From contig CAVZZA010000005.1 of the NCBI GenBank assembly GCA_963779615.1, positions 96,001-160,000 on the forward strand: a DNA stretch of 64,000 nucleotides, written 5' to 3'. Positions 42,061-58,015 of the stretch are shown in pieces. Origin of the DNA: an uncultured Nitrososphaeraceae archaeon. GTDB taxonomy: Archaea > Thermoproteota > Nitrososphaeria > Nitrososphaerales > Nitrososphaeraceae. The translations under genes and the position numbers were made by a program. The notes beneath the pieces are model-generated. The model had not been told where the DNA came from and searched no databases. It saw only the letters and a program-made list of their open reading frames with translations. Positions within the stretch are counted from its first letter, which is position 1, and each line of letters starts with the position of its first letter.

Positions 42061-42576
42061 TTACTTAATGATATATTCATAAAATTGATTTAATGCAATT
42101 TCTTGTCTTTCTGATTGTATAGAACCAGGACGTAATGATCTTATTTTTCTAATCGTCTCATCCACCCCTAGTTTATCTTTTTTAATCAAATAAGCTGCCA
42201 ATACAGTTCCAGTTCTTCCTTTACCAGCAGCACAATGAACCACAACTGGTTTATTTTTTCTTATTTGGCTATCAATATACTCAACTACATTGTAGATTTC
42301 ATATACAGCAGGAGCATTATAATCATCGGTCTTTAAGAAAAAACTCTCAAGGGTCAAATTAAATGAATTTACCTTCTTAAACCATGCGTTGGGTAATGGT
42401 ATTTCCCTGACAGTCACAATAGTTTTTATGTTGTTCTTGACTAGCCACAATAAATGATCATAAGATGAAGGCAATCCACTACCGGCTAATTTTCCTGGAA
42501 TTATCCAGCTGAAGTTAGTGGGTCTGCTAATTATTCTGCCGTGAAATTTTCTGTAAAATTCGCCAATTTTAGTCAT
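42061..42576 (-). CDS. dual-specificity protein phosphatase family protein
   Basis: P-loop VHCAAGKGRTGT, RPGSIQ. Confidence 0.94.
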   Translation of the reverse strand: MTKIGEFYRKFHGRIISRPTNFSWIIPGKLAGSGLPSSYDHLLWLVKNNIKTIVTVREIPLPNAWFKKVNSFNLTLESFFLKTDDYNAPAVYEIYNVVEYIDSQIRKNKPVVVHCAAGKGRTGTVLAAYLIKKDKLGVDETIRKIRSLRPGSIQSERQEIALNQFYEYIIK

Positions 42577-43007
42577 TATTTAACCTTTAACTTGTAGTAT
42601 AATCATTATAAAAATTTATTACAACGCTATATTGTTTTCAAAGAATAAATAACATAACAATATTTATACATAAATTTACATGCTGTTGATTGTATTAAAC
42701 AAATGATGCAATTAAAATATTTTTTCTTGCAATAGACAAAAAACACATAAACACATTGAAAATAATATGTTAAAAACTCTTCCAAATGCAAGAATATATG
42801 TCACCATTTAAATAACAAAATATTTGTTTTAAATAACACACACACCACATAAAAGCAAAACAGAAAGAGAAAAATCACGTTTTTCAATCTTTTGTGTAAT
42901 GATATTTGGTATTGGAATTAAAAAATATATATAGTCTATGTCGAAAAACCAATTAATTTTTTATGGTGTATTTATATAATAAAATTAAAGTAGACAATTT
43001 AGAGAGG

Positions 43008-44000
43008 TTAGTCCTTGACTAATTTATCGAATCTGTTTAAAAATATCTCCAACTTGTCTTGAGGAACAACTGCCCCACATGCTTTATCGTGTCCTCCTCC
43101 GCTGCCTTTTAAATCAGAGGTTAGATCATTAACTAATTTTCCTAAATGAATTGAACAATCTTTTGATCCACGTATTGACAAAACATAAGAGTTAATATTC
43201 TTTTTTAATTTGAAAGCAATACCAACCTGTTTTCCTGACAATCCTAGTACAAAATTAACAATCATACTTGACGCCAATTCAAGATCATGTTGAAGATAGG
43301 CAATATTATTTAATTTTATTATTTGCGATTCAATAACATTTAGAGCATTTGAAATTTTGTCAGAGAACTGTTTTACTAAAAAAAAGCCGTTTTTTATCTC
43401 ATGTGGAAGCTTAAAAACCGAGATTGATTTGGAAACATATTTTAAAAAATCAATATTTTTTTGAGAAGCAGAAATTATATAAGATAAAAAACATGACTCC
43501 AACATCAAAAAAGTTCTATCGTATTTACTAACCAATATACTCGCCATTGGTTTAGATTCCATATAGTCAGTTAATGCTGCAGCTGAGGCATAAAATGAAA
43601 ATTTGCTGCTTAGTTTTTTTTTACATAAATAATAGACTTGTACTGATGTACATTCTTCAACATTATTAATTAGCCGGACCCCCATCTTTTGTAGTTTTTC
43701 TTTGATTGGGTCTTCCAAATAATGATGATCTATGTAAATTACTTTGATATTATTCGAAATTAATATTTGTAGTTTTTCAATGAACATATTCTGATCCTTT
43801 TTATTTAGTCCCAGATCACAGATGAATACTCTTGTAAAATTCTTATTCTTTTCGCATATCGATATAGCATAATCAAGTATATTTAGTAAATTTGGGTAAT
43901 CGGCTAGAAAAATATTTTTTACTTTCAAAGCATTCTGTAATAATGCTGCTGATACAAGTCCATCAACATCTTCTTTATGTGATATGCATATGCTCCTCAA
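43008..44000 (-). CDS. DHH/DHHA1 phosphoesterase
   Basis: H..DVDG, CDLG, IDHH, SIRG, GGGHDKACG. Confidence 0.92.
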   Translation of the reverse strand: MRSICISHKEDVDGLVSAALLQNALKVKNIFLADYPNLLNILDYAISICEKNKNFTRVFICDLGLNKKDQNMFIEKLQILISNNIKVIYIDHHYLEDPIKEKLQKMGVRLINNVEECTSVQVYYLCKKKLSSKFSFYASAAALTDYMESKPMASILVSKYDRTFLMLESCFLSYIISASQKNIDFLKYVSKSISVFKLPHEIKNGFFLVKQFSDKISNALNVIESQIIKLNNIAYLQHDLELASSMIVNFVLGLSGKQVGIAFKLKKNINSYVLSIRGSKDCSIHLGKLVNDLTSDLKGSGGGHDKACGAVVPQDKLEIFLNRFDKLVKD

Positions 44001-44612
44001 TATAACGAAACTTTAAGAAATCTTTGTTATTTAGATGTTTTTTAAATTGATTTATTCAGTAATCTTATAAAATAAAATATCATTAACCAAAAAATAATAA
44101 ATAATGCAATTAAAATAAAATAAAGAACAATATTGTTGTAGGATCAATCCCCACCATCATTATTATCATCTTCAACCATACTGACAATTCTATTATAATT
44201 ACTATCAATTTTATTTATAAATAGACTTATTCATAGACATGTGTTTACAAACAGGATACCATTAACGTTATCCAATGCAACATTTTTTCCACTACAGCAA
44301 TAAAGATAACAATAACAGCAACACTAAAGGAGAAACAAGGAAAAAGAATTCTTTACGCACAAAATAACCAAAAGGCAACAAAGCGTATGGAAACAAAATA
44401 TAGAGATAGTATGTAGGCTGAACCATTGTATTTGTCCATGTCTGTGTTCGTGTGATGTACGCACCATTACAGCAATTGTAGTAGTAGTAGTTGTAGTGGC
44501 AACAATAATCTGGCTGTAACCCAGCAAATTGGTGTCATAACAGTTCCTACGGTAATTCAAATTTTATAATGCTTTATCCTTTTTTTCTGTCTGTCGGTTT
44601 TGTTTTGTCAAC

Positions 44613-47563
<2,951 letters not shown>

Positions 47564-48571
47564 CACCAGCTCCAGTTTTGTTTCCAGTTTTGCTGGATAG
47601 AGATTATTTTTAATTTGACCTTTGATGATCATTTCCTTATCATGATCTTAGTCTAGTCACTCGATAGATCGAGTTCCACAATCCAGTGATAATAATTAAC
47701 ACATCTTCAACGGTTGTTTTACACGTATGACACTATTACTCCACTTTTCTGCTGTTTTTTTACTGCCTACAACTATGATTACTACTGCAACTATTACTTC
47801 AACAACAACTATAATCGTGTTTACATCACACATCACACAAACAAAGACAAAAACAACACTTCAACCTATATAGTACCTGTATTATTCCTGTTCCATATCT
47901 TTTACTTTTTGGTTATTTTGTTATTGCGCGAATGCTCTAGCCGTTTCTTTCTTTATCATTTTCTTGCTGTAATTGCTACTGTTGCGCTGTCGATATTGCT
48001 TTTGTTTTTGGCTTGATGTATGTTTTTTGTATATTCACATATTTGTGCAATATGCATACTTTTGTTCATGTTTGTATTGATTGTTTATTTGTTTTGTCAT
48101 CTATCAATCAGATAGTAATACTATGATGGAGTTTGATCCTATACACGGCATCATCGCAGGCAGCACCACTACATTTTATGTAGGGTACTCTGCTACGCCA
48201 ACTTCATCCTTTGTCTCCCCAACTCCTCAGTTTTGTGACAAAGAATTGCATCCGTTTTTTTTTATTTACTAATTCAGTGGTTTTTTTTGTTCGGTAATAC
48301 TGACTTGACTTTATGCATGCAAAAATACCAGATAGACATTTAATATTAATTAACTGCTCTCTGAGACCATATGTCGTATATTCTCTCACAGAGCGTAATA
48401 TTGCTGTTCATCATAATACTTGCACAGACATCATCAGCAGATTCTGCATTTATAATGCATATAACACAATATCCATAAAAACATCGAACATGATGATTAG
48501 TTAGTCTTTTCCTCCCTCTTCACCCATTTTTCTCTTTTTGTCTTATGCTCTGTGTTGCAAGATGATAACTA

Positions 48572-50041
<1,470 letters not shown>

Positions 50042-50734
50042 CAAAAAAATAATAATGAAAACATAGATGATAAACACACACATGCATTTTGCTTTGCTTT
50101 GCTTTCATGACAAAACATCACAAAACACACACATGCATTATTTATTACCTATCGGTTGACTTTTGCTTTAGTATACGTAGTTTTGGTCTCTCACGCCCTG
50201 TTCCTCTTCCCCCCTTTGCCTCCCAGTTGCGGGATGAACGCGAGGAAAAAAAGAAATGGCAATGATCAACACAAAAGAACGCTTATTGAGTTTTTTCTCT
50301 GCATCTGCCACTACCGGCATGCCCGTTTTTTTCTTTGGAAAAGCAGGCAACGGCAGGTGTGCAGAAGCAGAGAAAGAGAGTACGATCGAAAAAGAAAGAA
50401 AAACTATAACTGATTTATTTGCTAGTTTTCTTGAATATTATATCATATATTACTATACAAACACAAATTCTGCTGATAATGCCTTTTGTGCTATTATAAT
50501 AAATCTTTTTCAATGTCTATCTGATCTTCCCATGTCAGATTCGATCTATCAAGTCAGTTCCGATGTGCTGATCGAATCCCCATCCATCATTCCACTGTTT
50601 TTAATATTATGATGTTAATCGGTAATGTAACGAGCGCATCTGGAGGTCAGTAAATCACATTATGGCACAAGCCAACTTCATCACCGACGCCGCCTTTTGT
50701 CTTGGACGCGTTCTATTATTAGTGGCGTGGCTGT

Positions 50735-50750
50735 CAATATAAATCTTATT
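50735..50750 (-). promoter_or_regulatory. putative rRNA operon promoter (TATA box TTTATAT)
   Basis: TATA-like box at the edge of the GC-richer structured leader, divergent from hemL. Confidence 0.4.
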
Positions 50751-50794
50751 TTTTATAAACAAATAAAAGATTCCACAAAGTTATCATCTATTAT

Positions 50795-52138
50795 ATGAAA
50801 ATTGACAATTATATAGAATTATATAAAAATAAAACTTTTGAATCTATGAAATTATACTTTAAATCAAAAGAAATTTTCCCTGGTGGTGTGAACCATAATA
50901 TAAGATATTTTAAACCTTATCCCTTTTTTACGGTTAAGGCTAAAGGAAAGTACCTAGAGGATATTGATGGAAACAATTATATTGACTTTTGGAATGGACA
51001 TTGGGCATTAATACTTGGTCACTCCCCGACAATTGTATCAGATAAGTTAAAAAAACAATTAAAAAAAGGAACTTTGTACGGAACAGTGAATAAGACAAGC
51101 ATTAAGCTTGCGGAACTAATCAAACAGGCAATACCTCTTGCAGAAAACATAAGATTTTCAAGTACAGGATCTGAAGCAACAATGTACGCTATACGGTTAG
51201 CAAGAGCCAAAACTGGGAAAAGGGTTATTGCAAAAGTAATAGGAGGATGGCATGGATTTAATACGAATTTATTACAATCTGTAAACTATCCCTATGAAGG
51301 AGACGAGGGAATAGGACTCATTGAAGATGAGGGGCAATTTGTTGAATCCATTCAATTCAATGATTTAGATAGATCAATAAAAGTTTTAGAATCAATTAAA
51401 GATGATTTAGCGGGCATAATAATTGAGCCCATACTTGGCGGCGCGGGATGCATTACTCCCGTAGACGGGTACCTGGAGGGACTTCAAGAATTTGCAAGAA
51501 AAAATGGCAGCCTTTTGATTTTAGATGAAATAGTCACTGGTTTCCGTATGTCATATAATGGAGTAATGAATTACTATAAATTAGAACCAGACATTTTTAC
51601 ACTTGGGAAAATAATTGGTGGCGGTTTACCGATTGGAGCTGTCTGCGGGAAAAAAGAAATTATGAACCTAGCAGACGCTACAAACAGTAATGAAAAAAAC
51701 AAGTATTGCTCAATAGGGGGAGGAACATTTTCAGCTAACCCTTTGACGATGACTGCCGGATATCATACGTTAAAGTACTTAAAAAATAATCCCAATGTTT
51801 ATGAAAAAATTAATTCCTTAGGAGATATTGCAAGAAAGGAATTATCAAAGTTATTTAAAGAATTGGAAATTGAATCAGAAATAACTGGAATTGGATCATT
51901 GTTCATGATTCATTTTCTAAATGACAAAGTAAAAAAAATAAATAACGCATTAGATGTTTCACTGTCAAATACTGAATTATTGCTTAATTACAACCTGGCA
52001 TTGATTGCTAAACACGGTATATTTTTCTTACCTGGTAAGATGGGTGCCTTTTCATATGCTCATGAAAAAGAAGACGTATACAAGTTAGTAGAAGCTACAA
52101 GACAGATATTTTCCAGCAATAAAACCAAAAATACCTAA
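50795..52138 (+). CDS. hemL: glutamate-1-semialdehyde 2,1-aminomutase (class III aminotransferase)
   Basis: PGGVNH..R, IDGNNYID, DEIVTGFR, LGKIIGGGLPIGA, GGTFSANP; could be a paralogue. Confidence 0.8.
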   Translation: MKIDNYIELYKNKTFESMKLYFKSKEIFPGGVNHNIRYFKPYPFFTVKAKGKYLEDIDGNNYIDFWNGHWALILGHSPTIVSDKLKKQLKKGTLYGTVNKTSIKLAELIKQAIPLAENIRFSSTGSEATMYAIRLARAKTGKRVIAKVIGGWHGFNTNLLQSVNYPYEGDEGIGLIEDEGQFVESIQFNDLDRSIKVLESIKDDLAGIIIEPILGGAGCITPVDGYLEGLQEFARKNGSLLILDEIVTGFRMSYNGVMNYYKLEPDIFTLGKIIGGGLPIGAVCGKKEIMNLADATNSNEKNKYCSIGGGTFSANPLTMTAGYHTLKYLKNNPNVYEKINSLGDIARKELSKLFKELEIESEITGIGSLFMIHFLNDKVKKINNALDVSLSNTELLLNYNLALIAKHGIFFLPGKMGAFSYAHEKEDVYKLVEATRQIFSSNKTKNT

Positions 52139-52151
52139 AAAAAATATTAAT

Positions 52152-52907
52152 TTAATTTTCTCTCCACAAAGCCTTTTTTTTCGCCAGGACAATAAAGAAA
52201 ATAAGATATGAAACTTGAACAAACAATCCCAGAGAAATCGACCATTCTTGAGGGGTAGGAAACCCCATAGAATACTGCAACATTAATGATGCGTGAGTTG
52301 TCGGGATAAAATATGACACTACCTGAAGCGAAAGAGGCAATTTATCAATAGAATAAAAAACTGGCGGTATAACCGCAATAATAACATTAACAAAAGAAAT
52401 AAGCTGGGTAGCATTTCTCATGTGAAGCATATGAGAGGACAAAAAAAAGCCAATAGAAGACATTGTTCCCCAAATTAAAAAAACATTCACAATTAAGAGG
52501 GGTACAAATGAAATAGAAGTTGAAAAATAAATTGCCAAAGAAGCTAAAACCAACAGGGCAGGCAGACCATATAGTAGTTCAGAAAATGCAAGTCCAAGCA
52601 TATAGGTTAATGGGGTAACGGGAGAAGCTACAAACATATCCTGCATTTTATATTCTAATTTGTAAAGCGAAATATCTTGGCCCAAAGATAAACCAAAACC
52701 TACCAAAGCCATAACTAGGCTTCCAGCAACTGCAAATTGGACGTACTGTCCACTACTAACAACAAATAAAATAAATAATAAAGAAAATGGTGAAATGGCA
52801 GTAAAAACCAAAGACAGGGGGTTCCGCCTCAACCACAAGATTCCAGTCATGTAAGCGATTATAATCACCTGTTTTAACATTATATAATAATCGAAAATTA
52901 TTTTCAT
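52152..52907 (-). CDS. ABC-2 type transporter permease
   Basis: About six TM segments, ASPV motif, PPVFY.I..LP. Confidence 0.88.
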   Translation of the reverse strand: MKIIFDYYIMLKQVIIIAYMTGILWLRRNPLSLVFTAISPFSLLFILFVVSSGQYVQFAVAGSLVMALVGFGLSLGQDISLYKLEYKMQDMFVASPVTPLTYMLGLAFSELLYGLPALLVLASLAIYFSTSISFVPLLIVNVFLIWGTMSSIGFFLSSHMLHMRNATQLISFVNVIIAVIPPVFYSIDKLPLSLQVVSYFIPTTHASLMLQYSMGFPTPQEWSISLGLFVQVSYLIFFIVLAKKKALWREN

Positions 52908-53352
52908 TTTTCCTTTTCACAAACTACCCATTGATAAATATTTGTAAAGCGGGTATGCAATTATATATAAATCATTGTGGATGGCCACTGCAAAAAAATA
53001 AACCCGGATTATAAATTAACACCCATCTTGATTAGTAATTTTTTTAAATTTAAAATTTAGTTTATTTTTATCCTAACCGTTTTGAAAAAAATTGATTTGT
53101 ATTAAAAGATGACGATTAGTCTATGCATAAAGATGTATAATATTACGAAAAGCACTGATCATTGCCACCTCATAACGTCGAATACAAAATCAATAGCGCA
53201 AGCATTATAATTATTCTACAGTGCATAATTGTCCATTAAAAAGATTTCAAAATATGTTGTACAATAATCAAATGACAAAATAGAGTTTAACCAAGATAGC
53301 GCCCTATAAATCAAATTCAGCAGTAACTTCTATTAATTGTTAATAATAAACA

Positions 53353-54912
53353 ATGCATATAGTGGTTGCCATGATAGACGAAAAAAATAATCCTATTTCC
53401 AATTTTGGATCTTTAAAACCAAAGTTAATTGATAATGTTACATTACCAAATAAGGTTAATGATAATTTACCAACTTATTCCCCTTCATCAACACCAACAT
53501 CATCAAATCAATCAGATAAAAAACAAAAATTAAGTTTCTGGATTGAAGGATATGGATGCTCTGCCAGTTTTGCAGATATGGAAATGATAGCAGGACAATT
53601 AATTGACAACGGTTTTGAGATTGCAGGCAACCCAAATGGAGCTTCAATTAATCTTATAGTAACTTGTTCTGTCAAAGAGACGACAGAGCACAGAATGGTT
53701 CATAGAATCAAAAGCCTGTCAAAAAATAACAAACCCCTAATTGTTGCAGGCTGCCTTCCATCCGCCGACCAAAAATTAGTACAGAAAATAAATCCTAATG
53801 CAAGTCTAATGAGTCCTAACTCTATCAATAAAACCATGGAAATTGTAAAATCGACCCTAAATAGACAAAAAATCATACACTTGCAAAACTCCGGTTTAGA
53901 AAAGATAAATTTACCCAAACTTAGAATCAACCCGGTAATAAGCATTGTGGAGATAGCTTCAGGATGCTTAAGTGAATGTTCTTTTTGTCAAACAAAATTA
54001 GCAAAAGGAGGCCTTCAAAGTTACAGAATAGGCAATATAATTAACCAAGTTAAAAATGATTTAAGCACGGGATCTCATGAAATATGGCTTACGTCAACAG
54101 ACAACGGTTGTTACGGAAAGGATATCGGAACCAATTTAGTAGAACTATTAAAAAGGTGTGATGAAATAGAAGATGACTTCAAAATAAGGGTTGGCATGAT
54201 GAACCCCATGTACCTTAAGGATATGATAAAGGATTTGATAGACATATATTCGAGCAGTGATAAAATATTCAAATTCATTCACATTCCAGTGCAAAGCGGC
54301 AGTGAAAAAGTCCTAAGGAAAATGAAAAGAGGCCATACTGCAAAAACATTCAAAGATATCGTAAAACAATTTAGAGAAAAGATACCAGACATGACCATAG
54401 CTACCGACATAATAACCGGATACCCAGAAGAAACCGACGAGGATTTTGAATTAACGCTGAAAATGATAAAAGAAACCGAACCCGACATTGTAAATTCATC
54501 AAGGTTTAGCCCAAGGCCAGGAACATTAGCATCTAATTCAAAAAGTATCGGTCAGGAAATACTGACACAAAGATCTGAAATATTGCACAGCATTATAAAA
54601 AATATTGCAAAAAAAAGGAACTCCAGATGGTTAAACTGGAAAGGAGATGCCATTATTGACGAGATGGAAAATGTAAAACTAAAGGGAAGGAATCAATATT
54701 ATAAATCGATCATCATCAAAAACCTAAATGAAAATAAACTCCCCTATTCAAAAGGTAATTCCAATTATAACGAAAATCTTTCAAAACCTCGGGGAGACCT
54801 CTATTCCATGAGATTAAAAAACCACAATGATAACCTTTTTTTAGGTAAAACAATTATGGTAGAGGTCACCGGGTACTCGAATCACACCCTTGAAGGCATT
54901 CAAATCACATAA
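53353..54912 (+). CDS. mtaB: tRNA t6A37 methylthiotransferase (MtaB/CDKAL1 type)
   Basis: GCSAS.AD.E, VTCSVK, VAGCLP, radical SAM CLSECSFC, HIPVQSGS, TDIITGYP.E. Confidence 0.92.
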   Translation: MHIVVAMIDEKNNPISNFGSLKPKLIDNVTLPNKVNDNLPTYSPSSTPTSSNQSDKKQKLSFWIEGYGCSASFADMEMIAGQLIDNGFEIAGNPNGASINLIVTCSVKETTEHRMVHRIKSLSKNNKPLIVAGCLPSADQKLVQKINPNASLMSPNSINKTMEIVKSTLNRQKIIHLQNSGLEKINLPKLRINPVISIVEIASGCLSECSFCQTKLAKGGLQSYRIGNIINQVKNDLSTGSHEIWLTSTDNGCYGKDIGTNLVELLKRCDEIEDDFKIRVGMMNPMYLKDMIKDLIDIYSSSDKIFKFIHIPVQSGSEKVLRKMKRGHTAKTFKDIVKQFREKIPDMTIATDIITGYPEETDEDFELTLKMIKETEPDIVNSSRFSPRPGTLASNSKSIGQEILTQRSEILHSIIKNIAKKRNSRWLNWKGDAIIDEMENVKLKGRNQYYKSIIIKNLNENKLPYSKGNSNYNENLSKPRGDLYSMRLKNHNDNLFLGKTIMVEVTGYSNHTLEGIQIT

Positions 54913-54978
54913 TATTGATAAAGCATCAATATTTTTACCCTAAAACATTTTTATCCATTAAGGTATGTTAAGCTATGG

Positions 54979-55947
54979 TTGTCGAATAATAGCAAAAAGG
55001 GACACAGCCTTATTATAGGGGTTGGCGAGGCGGGAAGCAAAATTACTCTCGATATTATTAAAGAAGTTAATTCTGAATATTTGTTGTTAAATTCAAAGCA
55101 TAATTTTAAATACACTATTAAAAATATTATTATTGACACCACATCATGGATTAATCCCCCAATATACAAGATAAGGGAATCTTTGATGGGAAAATTGGAC
55201 AAAATTTTATCGATTGTTAGTAACTACAGCAATATAATAATTATTGGAAACCTGGCCTCTAAATTTGGAATAGCAATAATTCCATTATTAACAAATATTG
55301 TTCATAACATGGGAGAGAAGGAGATTATGAGTTTTGTGATAATGCCTTTTGGATTTGAAAAAGGGAGAATTTTCCATTCTGGTGTCTCATTATCTTTTAT
55401 TAACAATTATTCAAACGCAACGGTAATTGTAGATAACGACTCATTTCTTAAAAACAACCCGGAATTATCTATTCCTGAGTGTTTTGGAATTACAAACAAT
55501 GCCATCAAAGATGTTATCACATCATCTTTTGACAAGGGTTTTCCAAATGATTTTAATGTTATTGCATCCTGCAAAGAATCAGAAAACATAGAAGAAGTTT
55601 TTAACAATTCTGTTGCAATGTTCATTAATTCCAACGTGGAAACAATAGAAAAAACATTTATGTATATCTATCCAGCAAAAGAAAAAATTGATAAGATAGA
55701 TAACATAATAAAAACAGTTGAAAAAATTACAAATGAATCTGAAAACGAGATAAGCATAATTACGAACACAGGCGATTTGACAAAAATACATTTGGTGGTT
55801 AGAACAAACGATGTATTGTTTTCATCATATGACCCTCTCAATCAGTTTATATTAAACAAAAATTTTCTCGATTTTGAACCTGAAACAAATCAAAACATTA
55901 AAGAAATATCTCACTTGAAGAATATTGAAATCAAAACATTTCAATGA
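54979..55947 (+). CDS. divergent FtsZ/tubulin-like protein
   Basis: IIGVGEAGSKI, MPF.FE, IVDND; lacks the GGGTGSG signature. Confidence 0.75.
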   Translation: MSNNSKKGHSLIIGVGEAGSKITLDIIKEVNSEYLLLNSKHNFKYTIKNIIIDTTSWINPPIYKIRESLMGKLDKILSIVSNYSNIIIIGNLASKFGIAIIPLLTNIVHNMGEKEIMSFVIMPFGFEKGRIFHSGVSLSFINNYSNATVIVDNDSFLKNNPELSIPECFGITNNAIKDVITSSFDKGFPNDFNVIASCKESENIEEVFNNSVAMFINSNVETIEKTFMYIYPAKEKIDKIDNIIKTVEKITNESENEISIITNTGDLTKIHLVVRTNDVLFSSYDPLNQFILNKNFLDFEPETNQNIKEISHLKNIEIKTFQ

Positions 55948-55998
55948 CTAGGTTTGTATTGTGTTAAAAATTAATAAAAAAATAACTGGATAAATATT

Positions 55999-56397
55999 TT
56001 ATTTATTTTTGGTTTCTTTTTGACCTGACTCATCATTATCTTCTGCAGCAGCAGTAGCAGCATCAGATACATTGTCGCTAACTATCGGAGTGTCTGATTT
56101 TAATTCTGTCGCTTCGGTTTCATTCACTATATCTTCATATAGAGACACAATAACCTGATCATCCTCATCTTTGACAATCCTAACGCGCACCTTCCTTGGA
56201 GGATTGGTTTTGCCTTTTTCCCAAATATACCTATTTAACTCTTGATCAATTTTTATTTCTGAGCTTTTCATATGCTTAATTGCAAATTCTTTAATCATAT
56301 TCACAACTCTATCCGTTCTTTTATGTTTGGGAGTTAACCAAGCTTTACTGAGGTTTATTGTATATATTCTAGCTATTGTTTCTTCAACATTAGACAT
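55999..56397 (-). CDS. rpl31e: 50S ribosomal protein L31e
   Basis: RIYTINL, LN.YIW..G..NPPRKVRV. Confidence 0.96.
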   Translation of the reverse strand: MSNVEETIARIYTINLSKAWLTPKHKRTDRVVNMIKEFAIKHMKSSEIKIDQELNRYIWEKGKTNPPRKVRVRIVKDEDDQVIVSLYEDIVNETEATELKSDTPIVSDNVSDAATAAAEDNDESGQKETKNK

Positions 56398-56421
56398 TTT
56401 ATCTCGTCCCCTTTTTCATCA

Positions 56422-56580
56422 TTAACCAACATTCACATCTGAGCGACGCCATGACCTTCTTTTTGGATTAGTTCTAACTTGTCTGTGTGTTCGAATAATA
56501 ACCCAGGCTGGCACCGGTCTATTTTGTTTAACCTTCTTTAACAATCGAATTTTTCTTGATGTATTTTTGCGGGCAGCCAT
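56422..56580 (-). CDS. rpl39e: 50S ribosomal protein L39e
   Basis: [21 protein letters not shown]; start taken at MAARK. Confidence 0.95.
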   Translation of the reverse strand: MAARKNTSRKIRLLKKVKQNRPVPAWVIIRTHRQVRTNPKRRSWRRSDVNVG

Positions 56581-56877
56581 AATAACATCATTACAATTGG
56601 ACCTATTTTTAAGTGTTAACATCAAAAATTAACTATCAATAGTTCCACGATTTAAAACAAATTACAACTAAACAGAAAATAATAAATCCTATGCAAGTCA
56701 TTAAAAGTAACCAATGCAAGTATGTAAAACATGTTATAAATTTTTTCAAACTATATACGACAATAAAAAAATTAAGAAATTGAAGATAATCCCTGACGAG
56801 CAGGAAGAAACACTACAATGTTATAGCAGCTATCACAAAAAATTGGTAGATAGTTTTAAAACATAATCAACAGTTTT

Positions 56878-57432
56878 TTACATGGTGTTTTGTGTAGAAT
56901 TACCAATAGAAAAATCAACTCTATCCCCAATGACAATGTTGTTTTTAGCCGTATAATTTGATGGCACCTCCAAAACATACTTTGAATTCGCATTGGGTGA
57001 ATAAGAAGTACAAAATAGAAAAAAGGTACATGGTTGAAGATTTTTTTCAATGTGAACTATTTTATTATCAGAACTAATCCATATTATATCGATTGGAAAC
57101 TTCATGTCCTTCATCCAAAAAGAATATTCTTTTGGAGTATCAAAGATAAACAACATGCCTTCATTTTCATTCAATGTATTTTTAATGGAAAGGCCCTTTG
57201 CCTGTTGTTCAGGAGTTTTTGCCAAATCCACATAAACAATTAAATCTTTAATCTTCACTGATGAAGAAGAAACATTATCCGCATTTAGCGCATAAACTTT
57301 TTGCCCATAATCCATAATAACCACAGGGAGACAGGAAACAATTGACAAAAGAAATATTAATACCACCATATTAAAAAAAAAACTTTGTTGGATCTTGTAA
57401 CACGACATTATAACAAGTATCCAACAGTGCAA
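56878..57432 (-). CDS. DUF192 family exported protein
   Basis: A.TP.Q..KGL, GMLFIF, FWMKDMKFPIDIIWI, YVLEV; N-terminal hydrophobic segment. Confidence 0.92.
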   Translation of the reverse strand: MHCWILVIMSCYKIQQSFFFNMVVLIFLLSIVSCLPVVIMDYGQKVYALNADNVSSSSVKIKDLIVYVDLAKTPEQQAKGLSIKNTLNENEGMLFIFDTPKEYSFWMKDMKFPIDIIWISSDNKIVHIEKNLQPCTFFLFCTSYSPNANSKYVLEVPSNYTAKNNIVIGDRVDFSIGNSTQNTM

Positions 57433-57461
57433 TTTTTATATTTATATGTTAATATTAATCC

Positions 57462-57650
57462 ATGATCTGTGGCTGTAGATGCATGAATTGTAAAAGTTCA
57501 GACCTTAAAGGTCAAGAATTATTAGCAGAGGACGGTTTCAAGGATATCCATCACACATGCAACAAATGTGGAATTCATTTTAACCATTTAGATGGGGAAC
57601 AATTTAAAATATGCGACATTTGTAATTACCGCCAATCCCAATCAGGATAA
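57462..57650 (+). CDS. small Cys/His-rich zinc-finger protein
   Basis: CGCRCMNC, HHTCNKCG.HF.H, CDIC. Confidence 0.75.
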   Translation: MICGCRCMNCKSSDLKGQELLAEDGFKDIHHTCNKCGIHFNHLDGEQFKICDICNYRQSQSG

Positions 57651-58015
57651 AACTAAACTGCTAGCCTACTAAAGTTTCAACACCACAAGGACTTTACAGA
57701 TCATTTGAAATCATCAACTTATTTTTCAAAACGATTTCATTATGATTTTTGGGTCACAAGTACTGGCTATAACATTTTATCTATCTGCACATAATTGATA
57801 AACTAATAGTTTCATAGTACTGTGCATTTAATCTTCATACTTTCCAGATTCACATATCATCATTAACCTTTAGGTTATGGACCAATATGATCGCGACAAG
57901 ATGATACAACATGGCAAGTTTTGTATTTTTTATCGTAATTGAGCACTATGACGCTAAATCACATCCTTAAATAAATATATATTTATAACGACTATTTATA
58001 TACCCAAAGAAGAGT

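Noticed and set aside
47564-48571. tRNA-Ala or 5S rRNA in the operon
   Set aside because: No cloverleaf or 5S sequence seen; absence is normal for TACK archaea
50641-50690. Stand-alone box C/D guide sRNA
   Set aside because: Box C and CUGA are present, but there is no convincing D' box, the second guide would be too short, and no target was found by eye; kept only as a possible K-turn
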